Positions 1 to 11,542 of a DNA stretch of 64,000 bases are shown piece by piece. Under the pieces are notes generated by a model. That model searched no databases and had not been told where the DNA came from. It saw only the letters and a list, made by a program, of their open reading frames with translations. This stretch comes from Candidatus Oxydemutator sp. (GTDB lineage: Bacteria; Pseudomonadota; Gammaproteobacteria; Poriferisulfidales; Oxydemutatoraceae), in the NCBI GenBank assembly GCA_965203445.1, contig OZ241883.1:1824001-1888000 (forward strand). Reading direction: 5' to 3'. The first letter of the stretch is position 1; each line of letters starts with the position of its first letter. The position numbers were made by a program, and so were the translations under genes.

Positions 1-503
1 ATCAGGCGCCGGTTTAATGCAACGGCGCATTCATCGCTACAGGCGATTCTTCCCAAGCGCCAGTATTTTTCAGGGTCAGCAGAGCGTGCTCCGATCTGCG
101 ATACGACTGATGAGAAATCCACCAATTCGCTATCGGGCATGGCGTCCACCGCTTTTTGCAACTGCCGATTCCAGTCCGATGCTATGGCGTACCTGCTTTG
201 GGCGCTATAGGGGGTATCCGCCGAGGTTTCTACAGCCGCCGCCATGGGCCACAAGTCGAGCACCAGAAAGTATCCGCGTGCCCAGCTGCGGGCCTGTTCA
301 AGTAGCGTAATGTATTGTTTCAGTTTAGAGCGAGCAGCCCCGATTTGGGCTTCGCCGAAGACTGTATGCGCGTCGAAGAAATCCTCGAAACGCTCGCAAA
401 ATATCCAGTAATCAATTTTATTCCGATGTAATGGAGACTGTTCGTCGTTCAACTGAACCTGGTACTGGCCGAACGGAATCGGCATAACTTGCAATTCCAA
501 AGT
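1..503 (-). pseudogene. Out-of-frame continuation of the PseH ORF, resembling the N-terminal region of an FkbH-like (HAD-IIIC) protein; runs off the window edge
   Basis: After the poly-C run (minus strand), another frame reads TLELQVMPIPFGQYQVQLNDEQSPLHRNKIDYWIFCERFEDF. After further frameshifts it reads DFSSVVSQIGARSADPEKYWRLGRIACS. Both segments resemble FkbH-like N-terminal motifs. At least two additional frameshifts are present. Confidence 0.5.
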
Positions 504-1134
504 GGGGGGGGGGGGGGGGGGGGGGGGGGTAAGTTGCAGCATAAGATCCGAGGTTCTGCGCGGCTATATCCCAGTTGGCACTACCCAGAAACACCACCGA
601 AATTCTCTTTGGAGAAGAGGGAGTTTTTTCCTCAGGTGATGGGTGCGGATTTTTCAATTCCATCACCACCAGATCAGCTTTCTCCGTGCTTGGAGGCGTG
701 GTGGATTCGCTAAAACCGTATTTTTTGTGTAGAAAAATAACGGCCGGGTTGCTCCTTAATGTTTCACATAACAACAGACGCAACCCCAATTCCTCGAAGG
801 CATGTCGTATGGCGGTTTTCTCTACTCGATTCCACAGCGACGTATACTCAGAAGGTTTTTCTCTTGAGTAGTCGCACAGATAAAAACCCCACCAACCGGT
901 CTTGTCGGTGGCGTCAAGGCGAAAATAATCAACCACCGCCATGGGTTTATTTTGCTCTTGATAGATATAGAAACGGTAGCTTTTGTCCGTACGGATTTTT
1001 TCCCACCAGGAGCGATGCTCCGCCCGCGAGATGTGGTGCTGATTGATCATTGCCTTGCGCACCCGCGGATGGTTGCGCCACCGCAGCAGATCGTCCAGGT
1101 CGGCATCGGTTACCAGGCGCAATCTTCCGTTCAT
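418..1134 (-). CDS. pseH: PseH-type N-acetyltransferase (GNAT), truncated just after the poly-C tract
   Basis: LRLVTDADLDDLLRWRNHPRVRKAM..HHISRAEHRSWW and GWWGFY..N.AVIFLHKKYGF motifs; pse context. Confidence 0.75.
   Translation of the reverse strand: MNGRLRLVTDADLDDLLRWRNHPRVRKAMINQHHISRAEHRSWWEKIRTDKSYRFYIYQEQNKPMAVVDYFRLDATDKTGWWGFYLCDYSREKPSEYTSLWNRVEKTAIRHAFEELGLRLLLCETLRSNPAVIFLHKKYGFSESTTPPSTEKADLVVMELKNPHPSPEEKTPSSPKRISVVFLGSANWDIAAQNLGSYAATYPPPPPPPPHFGIASYADSVRPVPGSVERRTVSITSE
504..529 (+). repeat. 26-nt poly-G homopolymer inside a coding region
   Basis: Directly visible: agt-G26-taag. Confidence 0.95.
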
Positions 1135-1201
1135 TGCTTCTCCACCAGCGCCTTGGCGTCCCGGCGCCAATGCGTTCCGAACCACGCCACGTATGGCGGC
1201 A

Positions 1202-1888
1202 TCAGCACTTCTCCCAAACGGCGGCGAAGGCTTCCGCGTATTGTATGCCTACGTTGCTGCCCCTCAGTCGTGCGAGGTGTTCCACTAAGTCATACGAACG
1301 GGGGTGCGGGGAAGGGCGCATTTCGCTTTCATAGCAGTGCAGGGCTTTTACTTTTGCGGGGAAGTTTTGCGTTATATCCACGTATGACGAAGGCTGGAAT
1401 CCTTCGCTGCCTTTGCTGAACGCGAAGTCCGTGCTGGACAGGATCTCGAAGGTATAGACCCTCTGAAGAGTGGAGCCGGGCAGCGGACGGCAGGCGGTTA
1501 CCACGGCCTGATAGCAAATCCTGTGGTCGCAGTTCAAGTCGTGTTTGTGATGCGTCAGGACGATGTCCGGTTTTGTCTGCCCGACCACGTCTTCCACGGC
1601 CTGGATAACCTGCAACAGAGGGTAGGTGTCGAGGCGATGATCCCGAAAGTTCAAAAACCGCGGCGTGTTGGCGCCCAAGGCCGATGCGGCTTTGGCGGCC
1701 TGTTTTTCTCTGGCGTATATGCGGGCTTCGATCTTTTCCGGGATTCGGGATTCCTCGCCGTCCGTCAGAATCAGAACGTCCACCTCCACGCCGGCGGATG
1801 AAAGCCGATGCATCGTGCCGCCGCAGCCGAGAACCTCATCGTCGGGGTGGGCCGCCACGACGAGGGCTTTTTTGCATTTTGTAATCAT
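1202..1888 (-). CDS. PIG-L/LmbE family deacetylase
   Basis: VVAAHPDDEVLGCGGT, THH..DLNCDH, YESEMRPSPHPRS, AEAF motifs. Confidence 0.9.
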   Translation of the reverse strand: MITKCKKALVVAAHPDDEVLGCGGTMHRLSSAGVEVDVLILTDGEESRIPEKIEARIYAREKQAAKAASALGANTPRFLNFRDHRLDTYPLLQVIQAVEDVVGQTKPDIVLTHHKHDLNCDHRICYQAVVTACRPLPGSTLQRVYTFEILSSTDFAFSKGSEGFQPSSYVDITQNFPAKVKALHCYESEMRPSPHPRSYDLVEHLARLRGSNVGIQYAEAFAAVWEKC

Positions 1889-2577
1889 TTGGATTTTTTC
1901 CTGATCTCTACTTTGGCCTGGATTCGATCTTTACACCAGTCGGCTTGTGTAAAGGTGATGATTTTATCGCCAAAGTCGAGAAAAGCATGGGGATAGTCGG
2001 GCGCATCCAGCGCTCTGATGTAGTCGTATATTTCTCTCAGGCTCATAGCTTCGGTCAATTCGCTTTCCTTTGGAGTGCGCCTTTGAAAAGTGGTGGCTTT
2101 CCCTTCCTGGGGATATGGCTCCGGCTCCGTCAGCACGATTTTTTCTATCATCTCCATCATCCGCACCGCCGCGCGCCCGAAAATTTCCCGGGCGCTGCCG
2201 GCCAGAGACAAAGAGGTTTTCCCGTAGATCGGGCCTGCATCGAGTTCCTGCTCCATGCGGAAGGCCGACAGATTCGTCTCGGTCTTCTTATCCTTCAAAA
2301 TCAGGTTTTGCAGCGGGCTTCCTCCTCTCCCGTAGGGCAAATCCGTCATGTGGAAGCATACGCATTCGGTCGTTTCTATTATCTCACGGGGAACTTTTTG
2401 CGACCAGTGGGCGAAGAACATGTACCTCGGTGCATACCGGCTCAGGAAGGACGCCGACAAATCAGTCGGAGCGGGCAGGATAATCCATCTGCCTGGAAGA
2501 CGTTTTCGGGCCGCATAAAACTCATGGATAATCCAAGGCTTTGAGGCCACCAACACGTAAGAGTTTTCTGTTTCCAT
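1885..2577 (-). CDS. Sugar N-formyltransferase (Fmt-like)
   Basis: CFHMTDLPYGRGGSPLQNLI, LDAGPI, YDYIRALDAPDYPHAF. Confidence 0.85.
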   Translation of the reverse strand: METENSYVLVASKPWIIHEFYAARKRLPGRWIILPAPTDLSASFLSRYAPRYMFFAHWSQKVPREIIETTECVCFHMTDLPYGRGGSPLQNLILKDKKTETNLSAFRMEQELDAGPIYGKTSLSLAGSAREIFGRAAVRMMEMIEKIVLTEPEPYPQEGKATTFQRRTPKESELTEAMSLREIYDYIRALDAPDYPHAFLDFGDKIITFTQADWCKDRIQAKVEIRKKSK

Positions 2578-2614
2578 AAAGTAAGAAGAGAATTATAGCC
2601 GACGGATTGAGCCT

Positions 2615-3247
2615 CTACCTGCCGATCTTCCGGCAATCCGCCGCCACTCGATCTGCATATGCTTCGAGTGTCGCGACCGGAGTATCCCAGCCTTTGTTCA
2701 ACAACCACATCAGTGGTTCTTTGTCCTTGTTTTTGTGCACGGAACCTTTGCCGACCTGCTTTTGTCTCTGGCAGCGACCACCGATTATCTGATGCCAATG
2801 CCGCCTGAACAATTCCTGGATTGTGCGTTGCAGCGTCCGGTAAGTGCTTGCCAGAGTCTCATGCGCGGAGTCGAACGTCACTTCTTGTTGCACAATAATG
2901 TCTCCCGTGTCAATGCCTTCATCCATGTAATGGATAGTAACGCCTTTGGGTGTCGCTTCCACAAAGCTCCAGAAATTCGGATCTCGGCCGCGGTTCCATG
3001 GCAGATAGGAAATGTGCAGGTTTATCGCCGCGTCCGGGAATTTTTCCAAAATACGTTTTTTGAGAACATACTGATAGCCGTAACTTATCAAGAATGTAAA
3101 ACCTTCCCGATCAATAAGATCGGGGGTCAAAATGTTGTCGGACATTTGAATGACTTTTTCCCCCGACCCCCGCAGCCAGATAAGCACGGGCGAGTCTTTC
3201 GGGCCGAGAAACAGTATTTTCCGCGTCGCCACGGTCTTTCTATTCAT
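2615..3247 (-). CDS. Formyltransferase family protein
   Basis: INLHISYLPWNRGRDPNFWS, GVTIHYMDEGIDTGDII. Confidence 0.85.
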   Translation of the reverse strand: MNRKTVATRKILFLGPKDSPVLIWLRGSGEKVIQMSDNILTPDLIDREGFTFLISYGYQYVLKKRILEKFPDAAINLHISYLPWNRGRDPNFWSFVEATPKGVTIHYMDEGIDTGDIIVQQEVTFDSAHETLASTYRTLQRTIQELFRRHWHQIIGGRCQRQKQVGKGSVHKNKDKEPLMWLLNKGWDTPVATLEAYADRVAADCRKIGR

Positions 3248-3264
3248 TCAGCTTCTTATCTGAC

Positions 3265-4383
3265 TTAAGCTGCTTTATCAAGCTTTGTCAATGCTTCGGC
3301 CACCTTTTCGGCACCGTGTCCGTCCACTATGCGGCTGCCGCAGGCGACCGTTTCGTGATACCAGCGCCGGTCGTGCAGCGCTCGTCGCAACGCCGGATAA
3401 AAGTCTTCGCTTAGTTGTTCGCGGCGCAGGACGATAGCGACTTTCTCCCTTTGCAACGCATCCGCGTTGGCAAGTTGGTTTTCCGCCGTGGCGATGATAA
3501 TCGAGGGCAGTCCCAGGCAGCATCGTTCCCAGGCATTGCCACCGCCCGCGCCGATTGCCAGGTCCGCGCGGCTGATGCGTTCGGCCATGTCATTGACCGC
3601 GACCGAGACGCTGGTTTGCGCCGGCAGGCGCGCGGCTATCTCCTCGATCTCCGCGCGGTGCGGGAAAGCGGCACCGAGGACTACGTCTATTGTGCATCCG
3701 TCCGGCAGGTCGGCGGTGGCCAGCAGCCGCAGCACGGCTCCCGTCAGGTTGCCCGGATCGGCGCCGCCGCAGGCGACGAGCAGATTGCGGATTGCGGTCA
3801 TCTGTTCCCGGTGCGCCAACGCGGCCGGGCGCAGTTCGGCAAACTCGGGGCGCAGCAGGACAAAAACGGAACCCAACAGAAAATGGCACGCAGTCGGCAC
3901 CAATGGCTGATAGTCTTCTTCCCGCCGCCCGCATAGACAATCGAGCAACAAGTCGCAGTCGTGTTCGCGGTTTGCCAGATCGTCTATCACCATGATCCTT
4001 TTTGCATGGGGGCGCATCATTGATTCCCAGCACCGTCCGAGCGAATAGTGGTCCACAATCAGCCAATCGCATGGTTTGATTCGCCGAAGGATGCCCACGG
4101 TCTCCTCGGCGTCCCGACGCCAATGCGTTCCGAGCCACGCCGCGTACGGCGACGACGGTTCCCGGTCTGATTTGCAGGCTGTATCTCCGGCTTCCATGGA
4201 ATCGAGGACTGCACAGTGATGCCCGCGTCCGCGGATCCACGCAATCAGATTGCCCTGATGCGCGCGGCAGATAAATAATGTTTCCGCACCGTGCCCGCGC
4301 AGGGCATCAGCCAGCGTCAAGCAGCGCATCACGTGCCCACCGCCGATTGCCGTCGAAGCATCGGCACGAATGGCGACTTTCAT
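3265..4383 (-). CDS. pseG: UDP-2,4-diacetamido-2,4,6-trideoxy-beta-L-altropyranose hydrolase
   Basis: IRADASTAIGGGHVMRCLTLA, IVDHY, VIDDLANR, ADLAIGAGG..WERCCLGLP..AENQ. Confidence 0.9.
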   Translation of the reverse strand: MKVAIRADASTAIGGGHVMRCLTLADALRGHGAETLFICRAHQGNLIAWIRGRGHHCAVLDSMEAGDTACKSDREPSSPYAAWLGTHWRRDAEETVGILRRIKPCDWLIVDHYSLGRCWESMMRPHAKRIMVIDDLANREHDCDLLLDCLCGRREEDYQPLVPTACHFLLGSVFVLLRPEFAELRPAALAHREQMTAIRNLLVACGGADPGNLTGAVLRLLATADLPDGCTIDVVLGAAFPHRAEIEEIAARLPAQTSVSVAVNDMAERISRADLAIGAGGGNAWERCCLGLPSIIIATAENQLANADALQREKVAIVLRREQLSEDFYPALRRALHDRRWYHETVACGSRIVDGHGAEKVAEALTKLDKAA

Positions 4384-4441
4384 TTGTCGTTTCGGCGCGC
4401 TTTTGCGTCTGGCGGGTTGCGTCGCCCGTTTCCAGTTTTAT

Positions 4442-5557
4442 TCAAGCGTGGTCGCTCGCGTCACTTTTCAGAAATACGGGTGACGCTCCCCGTTTGGAAA
4501 CGCAATCTCGATACTTCTTCCGGTGACGGTCTTCATATGTGTGTTTTTTCAGGCTCCGTTCTATTTCACGATCATAGAGGTCGGAAAAAGTATCCGCGAT
4601 GGCGTTGGGTTCTATGTCGAGATAGGAGTCGGTTGTGCGGCAACCAATTTCTCCGTCTTCATCATATAGAGCGTGGAAGGCAACTTTGTCCGTCGTTTCT
4701 TTTTGCAGATCAAGCTCCTTGAGAATGCAGTAATCATGGGTCGCCAGAAATATCTGGACACCCATGCGCTGCAACTCCAGAAGAATCTTCAATAATTGAC
4801 GAAATAATCCGGGATTGAGATTGGTTTCCGGTTCGTCCCAGAACAGGACGGTTCCTCTCGAGAGAGTGCCGTTCTGAATGAGAAGCCACAGCAGCCCGAG
4901 CTTGCGCATTCCCTCCGCCAGCAGGGGAAATTCAAGATTTCCCTGTCTGCTTTTGTGAAAGAATTCCTCTTCTCTGGTTATGACTTTCCCATTCATGATT
5001 TCTTGCAGGATGGACAACAGTTTTTTTCTATCCGAATCTGGCTTGCCGCGGCGTGGCGGCAGGTATGCACGGTCGAGAATATCGTTGTATATCGCCTCGA
5101 AATGCAGCTCCCTTTGCGAATAAAGAGAGCCAAAGCCGGGTGCGTTGGCAAGCATTTCTTTTACCGGAATGAAGGCGCTTTTTATGGGTTTTGACTCCCA
5201 TCTTTTCGCACCTGTTATTTTCACCCTGCTTGTGTCGGGCGCTTTCACGTGACTGGCGAACTCCGCTCGGATGTATGCGGCATCTTTGCGCTTGACCTCC
5301 AACAAGCAACGAGAACGGCCGCTTTGTCGTTTTACCAGCCGCCCCAGGGCCAATCCGGAGGGGAGGAATACCTGGATGAGCTTCTCGGAAAATCTTTGTT
5401 TGGTCTTGGTGATGTCGCAAGCCGCGTAGGCAACCTTCATCAAGTGTGTCTTACCGGTACCGTTGGCACCGACAAAGACGTTGATGCCGGGGGAGAACCG
5501 TATTTCCAGATCCTCGAATACGGTGAACTTTTTCAGTCTTATGTTTGTCAGGTGCAT
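4442..5557 (-). CDS. ABC-type/AAA_21 (AbiEii/OLD-like) ATPase inserted in the pse operon
   Basis: Walker A GANGTGKT, signature LAEGMRK, Walker B LFWDEPETNLNP, H-loop LATHD. Confidence 0.8.
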   Translation of the reverse strand: MHLTNIRLKKFTVFEDLEIRFSPGINVFVGANGTGKTHLMKVAYAACDITKTKQRFSEKLIQVFLPSGLALGRLVKRQSGRSRCLLEVKRKDAAYIRAEFASHVKAPDTSRVKITGAKRWESKPIKSAFIPVKEMLANAPGFGSLYSQRELHFEAIYNDILDRAYLPPRRGKPDSDRKKLLSILQEIMNGKVITREEEFFHKSRQGNLEFPLLAEGMRKLGLLWLLIQNGTLSRGTVLFWDEPETNLNPGLFRQLLKILLELQRMGVQIFLATHDYCILKELDLQKETTDKVAFHALYDEDGEIGCRTTDSYLDIEPNAIADTFSDLYDREIERSLKKHTYEDRHRKKYRDCVSKRGASPVFLKSDASDHA

Positions 5558-5633
5558 GAGCGGGAGTTTTTGCGGGAAAGGGCCTTGATTATAGCAGGGT
5601 CTCGGAATTTTCGACGGGCGACGGTTGCTGCTT

Positions 5634-6365
5634 CTACTGCTCCCGTGACGCGGAAACTTGTGCGGAGTTTATCTCGACCAATTCCGGTTGCCGACGCAGC
5701 AAGTCCAGGACATCCTCCATCGTGAAACGGGGATTGTTCGGGTACAGGGCTTCATAGACTTGCTCAACGAAGGAGAAGTCGTCCGCCGTGTCCACGGTCC
5801 AGCGCAGGCCGGAATAATCCGTGGGCGAAACGAGGTGTCCGTGGCGAAAGCGTTCAGGATGGCGTTTGATGAAAGGGGTGACGTGCTCGCGCTCATCGGG
5901 TAATCGTGCTTCCCGCCAAGCCGTCGCCAGCGTCTCAAACCGCATGACTTCTACGTCCAGTCCGTTCGGCCAACCGGATTCGATATTGGCCGAAGTGTAG
6001 TCGTGTCCTTCCTTCAAATGTTTTTCTATGGTGGCGTTTATAACTCGGGGTTCGATTACCGGGCAATCGGCGGTCATCCGCACGACGTGTTGAGGATCGT
6101 ATTGCCTGGCCGCCTGATAATAGCGATCCAACACGTCTTCCAAGCTGCCTCGAAAGCAGTCGAGGCGTAAGGATGAGCACAGGCGTACAATCTCATCGTC
6201 TGAGGATTGGTCGCTGGTGGCCACCACGAGTTTGCCGATGTTCCCGGCGCGCTGCATGCGCTCCAGCTGCAATTCCAGCATTGGTCTGCCTGCCATTTTT
6301 TTCATCACTTTGCCCGGCAACCGAGACGAAGTGGTACGGGCTTGAAGAAGCGTCAGTACGTTCAT
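5634..6365 (-). CDS. SpsF/PseF-like nonulosonate cytidylyltransferase
   Basis: LLQARTTSSRLPGKV, RGSLEDVLDRY, VRMTADCP, REHVTPFI, RWTVDTADD. Confidence 0.85.
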   Translation of the reverse strand: MNVLTLLQARTTSSRLPGKVMKKMAGRPMLELQLERMQRAGNIGKLVVATSDQSSDDEIVRLCSSLRLDCFRGSLEDVLDRYYQAARQYDPQHVVRMTADCPVIEPRVINATIEKHLKEGHDYTSANIESGWPNGLDVEVMRFETLATAWREARLPDEREHVTPFIKRHPERFRHGHLVSPTDYSGLRWTVDTADDFSFVEQVYEALYPNNPRFTMEDVLDLLRRQPELVEINSAQVSASREQ

Positions 6366-7654
6366 CGCCGTACCTGAAACAGAGGCTGGAGCGGTTCGGA
6401 CAGCAACATCGCCGGCAAACGCCGTTCGACGATTGCATCGCGTATCAGCGGCAGTGTCTCGTCGTATGCCTGCAACAATACGGCTATGTCCTCTTCGTTG
6501 TGTGCGTAGCTGAGATTATGGGTGCCCAGCGTCAGAATGCCGCGGGCACAGAGTTCCTGCATCAGAAGAGTGCGGATGTCCCAGGATGTATAGTCTTCGG
6601 TGTTCGCTATGTTGAGGCTGATCTGCGCCGGGTATCCGCCGCAGCTGAAAATTTCTTCCACTTGGTGTTTGCGCAGCAGAGTCTTCAATTCTTTTTCCAA
6701 TGTTTTGCCGCGTCGCCACAGTGTATCGGGTACTTTGTCGCGGCGGATTTTTTCAAGCACGGCTTTCGCCGCCGCCAGCGACAAAGTCTCGCCGCCGAAC
6801 GTTCCGGAAAAGAAAATTTTCTCCATCCATTGCATGACGTCTGTTTTGCCAACGACGGCGGAAATCGGGAAACCGTTGCCCATGCCTTTGCCGAGCGTCG
6901 CCAGATCCGGGGTCACGCCGAAAAATTCCTGCGCCCCGCCCGCGGCCATACGAAACCCTGTGACTATTTCGTCAAAAATCAGAACGCTCCCCCGTGCGTG
7001 CGCCATCTTTTGCACTTCGTCAAGAAAGCCCGGCCGCGGAAAGGCCGAGGACATCGGCTCCAGTATCACGGCTGCGATCCGGCCGGGGCAGGCGTCGAAA
7101 ACGCGCGCAAGCGAATCCACGTCGTTGTATGCGAAAGTGTGGGTCAGCGCACGTACGTCGCGTGGCACGCCCAGGTGGCGCTCGGTGGAACCTATATACC
7201 AATCGTGCCAGCCGTGATAGCCGCATACCGCGACGTGGTCGCGTCCGGTGAAGGCTCGTGCAAGGCGCACCGCGGCCGCGGTGGCGTCGCTTCCGTTTTT
7301 TCCGAAACGCACCATCTCGGCGCAGGGAATCATTTCTACCAGCGCCTCGGCTACTTCCATTTCCAGCTTGTGCGGCAGCGTGAAAGTAACTCCGTTACGC
7401 AACTGTCCGAGTACTGCCTCCGTTACGTCCGCGTCGTTGTAGCCGAGCAATACCGACCCTAAGCCGCCGACAAAGTCAATGTATTCATTGCCGTCAACGT
7501 CCCATACCCGGCCGCCTTCGCCACGCTCGACAAACAGAGGCGAAGCGCCTTCGGGATAAAAAATTATGCTTTTGCTGAAAGTTTGCGATGCCAGCGGGAT
7601 CGAGCGCAGGGCGCGTTGCAGCAGCAGCGCAGAATTCTGGTAACGTTTCAGCAT
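6362..7654 (-). CDS. Class III PLP aminotransferase (glutamate-1-semialdehyde aminomutase-like, glycan-locus type)
   Basis: WDVDGNEYIDF, FGKNGSDAT, GYHGWHDW, LIFDEIVTGFR, TLGKGMGNG. Start set at MLKRYQ. Confidence 0.85.
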   Translation of the reverse strand: MLKRYQNSALLLQRALRSIPLASQTFSKSIIFYPEGASPLFVERGEGGRVWDVDGNEYIDFVGGLGSVLLGYNDADVTEAVLGQLRNGVTFTLPHKLEMEVAEALVEMIPCAEMVRFGKNGSDATAAAVRLARAFTGRDHVAVCGYHGWHDWYIGSTERHLGVPRDVRALTHTFAYNDVDSLARVFDACPGRIAAVILEPMSSAFPRPGFLDEVQKMAHARGSVLIFDEIVTGFRMAAGGAQEFFGVTPDLATLGKGMGNGFPISAVVGKTDVMQWMEKIFFSGTFGGETLSLAAAKAVLEKIRRDKVPDTLWRRGKTLEKELKTLLRKHQVEEIFSCGGYPAQISLNIANTEDYTSWDIRTLLMQELCARGILTLGTHNLSYAHNEEDIAVLLQAYDETLPLIRDAIVERRLPAMLLSEPLQPLFQVRR

Positions 7655-7667
7655 CCGCCTCGCGCTC

Positions 7668-8573
7668 CTAAGAACGGGGCCACAACGAGGGATCGAGTAC
7701 GCCCGCGTCGTTGATGGCCAAGTGCCCCAGATCGGCGGTATTCGTCGGAAGCACGCGACAGGCCGCGACAATCTCCCGTAGATCCTCGACGCGGGCCGCG
7801 CCCACCACGGCGTAGTCAACTTCCCGTATGCTCAGCACAAAACCCAGCGTCGCCTGCAACGGGCTCAGTTCTCTTTCGCTGAGAAAGGCGTGGTAGTCGG
7901 AGAAAAGATTTTTGAAGCCGTTCACGCGGGGCGGGAAATCGTCGGTGGTCGTCAACAACAGTCCCTGCAAAAAGACGCTGCGTGCGTGAATCTCGATGTT
8001 TTTTTCGCGCAGCGCCGCGAGATGGCCGCTGCGGAGCAGGCGTTGGTCGACAATGCTGAGGGGAAGTTGAATCAGGTCAATATCGAAAGTATTCGTAATC
8101 TTCTCGATTTCTTCCGCACTGTACACTGAAACGCCGATTTTTTGGACTTTGCCGGCAGCGCGCAAACGATTCATTTCCGAGTATATCGCGCGGGCTTTTT
8201 CGGCGGCCAGCAGGTCTTGCGCGCGATGTGCGAGCAGGGCGTAGATTTTTTTGCGACGCAGGCGTCGTAGAGATTCGGCGAAGGACGTCCGTACGTGGGC
8301 GGCCGCCTGTTTTTCCGTGACAGGCCGGGGCAATGGAGGGATCTTGGTTATGATGCCGCCGCAATCACGGGACAACCATCTGCCGAGGCGTCGTTCCGCT
8401 TCGCCGCCGCCGTAGTCATGGGCGGTGTCGAAGATCCTGATTCCGTTGGCTTGCGCGTAGCGCACAATGTTATTTGCCTCGACGGTGTTCGGCATACCGG
8501 CGGTATTGGTGATGCCGTAATGCATTCCCAGTTGTGCCGTGCCAAGTCCGAGGCGGCGGCAGGGGTTGGTCAT
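7668..8573 (-). CDS. Aldo/keto reductase
   Basis: LGLGTAQLG..YG, FDTAHDYG, KIGVSVY, HARSVFLQGLL. Confidence 0.9.
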   Translation of the reverse strand: MTNPCRRLGLGTAQLGMHYGITNTAGMPNTVEANNIVRYAQANGIRIFDTAHDYGGGEAERRLGRWLSRDCGGIITKIPPLPRPVTEKQAAAHVRTSFAESLRRLRRKKIYALLAHRAQDLLAAEKARAIYSEMNRLRAAGKVQKIGVSVYSAEEIEKITNTFDIDLIQLPLSIVDQRLLRSGHLAALREKNIEIHARSVFLQGLLLTTTDDFPPRVNGFKNLFSDYHAFLSERELSPLQATLGFVLSIREVDYAVVGAARVEDLREIVAACRVLPTNTADLGHLAINDAGVLDPSLWPRS

Positions 8574-8671
8574 TGTCCGCCGGCCTCAAGTGCATGCAAA
8601 GCACCGGACGACGTGTGCTTCTGGCAGCCCACGAATTCTTTTCGACGGTTCAGATGAAACGTTCGATGGGT

Positions 8672-9238
8672 TTAACTTCCGTGGTACAGCCCGAGGTACT
8701 CGCTTCTCGTGATACCCATCCTGACCACGTCCTTATATGCGCCATTGTGGAAGATCTGCTCCCGCAACGTGCCTTCTATCCGCAGGCCGACTTTTTCATG
8801 CAGTTTTATGGAGGCGACGTTATCCACCGAGGCGCCCGCGGTTACTTTGTTGAGGTTCAACACCATAAATGCGTAATGCAACGTCAATCGTGTTATTTCC
8901 TGGCCGTGTCCTTTTCCATGAAAGCTTTTGTCTCCTATCATCAGTCCGTACTCGGCGGTTCTGTTGACCCAATCAATAGGCCCGAGTTTCACGTTCCCGA
9001 TATATCCGCCCGATTTTTTCTCCATGACTCCGAAAAACACGTGGTTATGGCTTTCATTGATTGATCTGACGTATTCGGTCAAGCAGGTTCTGGTCTTAGG
9101 GAATTGCCCCGTTTGCAGATGGTCTATAACGGCCCGATCATTAATCCACCTGAGGTAACGGTCATCTATCTCCTCGTCGAGGGGAACGAAATAGATGTTT
9201 TCATTTTCAAGAAATGGTTGGAATTCTTCCGGTTTCAT
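8672..9238 (-). CDS. RimJ/RimL-type GNAT N-acyltransferase
   Basis: IGNVKLGPIDWVNRTAEYGLMIGDKSFHGKGHG, NVASIKLHEKVG..EGTLR. Confidence 0.85.
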   Translation of the reverse strand: MKPEEFQPFLENENIYFVPLDEEIDDRYLRWINDRAVIDHLQTGQFPKTRTCLTEYVRSINESHNHVFFGVMEKKSGGYIGNVKLGPIDWVNRTAEYGLMIGDKSFHGKGHGQEITRLTLHYAFMVLNLNKVTAGASVDNVASIKLHEKVGLRIEGTLREQIFHNGAYKDVVRMGITRSEYLGLYHGS

Positions 9239-9254
9239 CGCCGTTTCCTCTGTT

Positions 9255-11527
<2,273 letters not shown>

Positions 11528-11542
11528 CTACAATACAACGAC

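Noticed and set aside
489-713. Poly-Gly ORF on the plus strand, and the poly-Pro stretch in PseH
   Set aside because: Both are products of the G26 homopolymer, not meaningful protein features.
6362-7654. hemL (tetrapyrrole biosynthesis)
   Set aside because: Its position inside the pse operon and the FGKNGSD/GYHGWHDW motifs fit the glycan-locus paralogue better.
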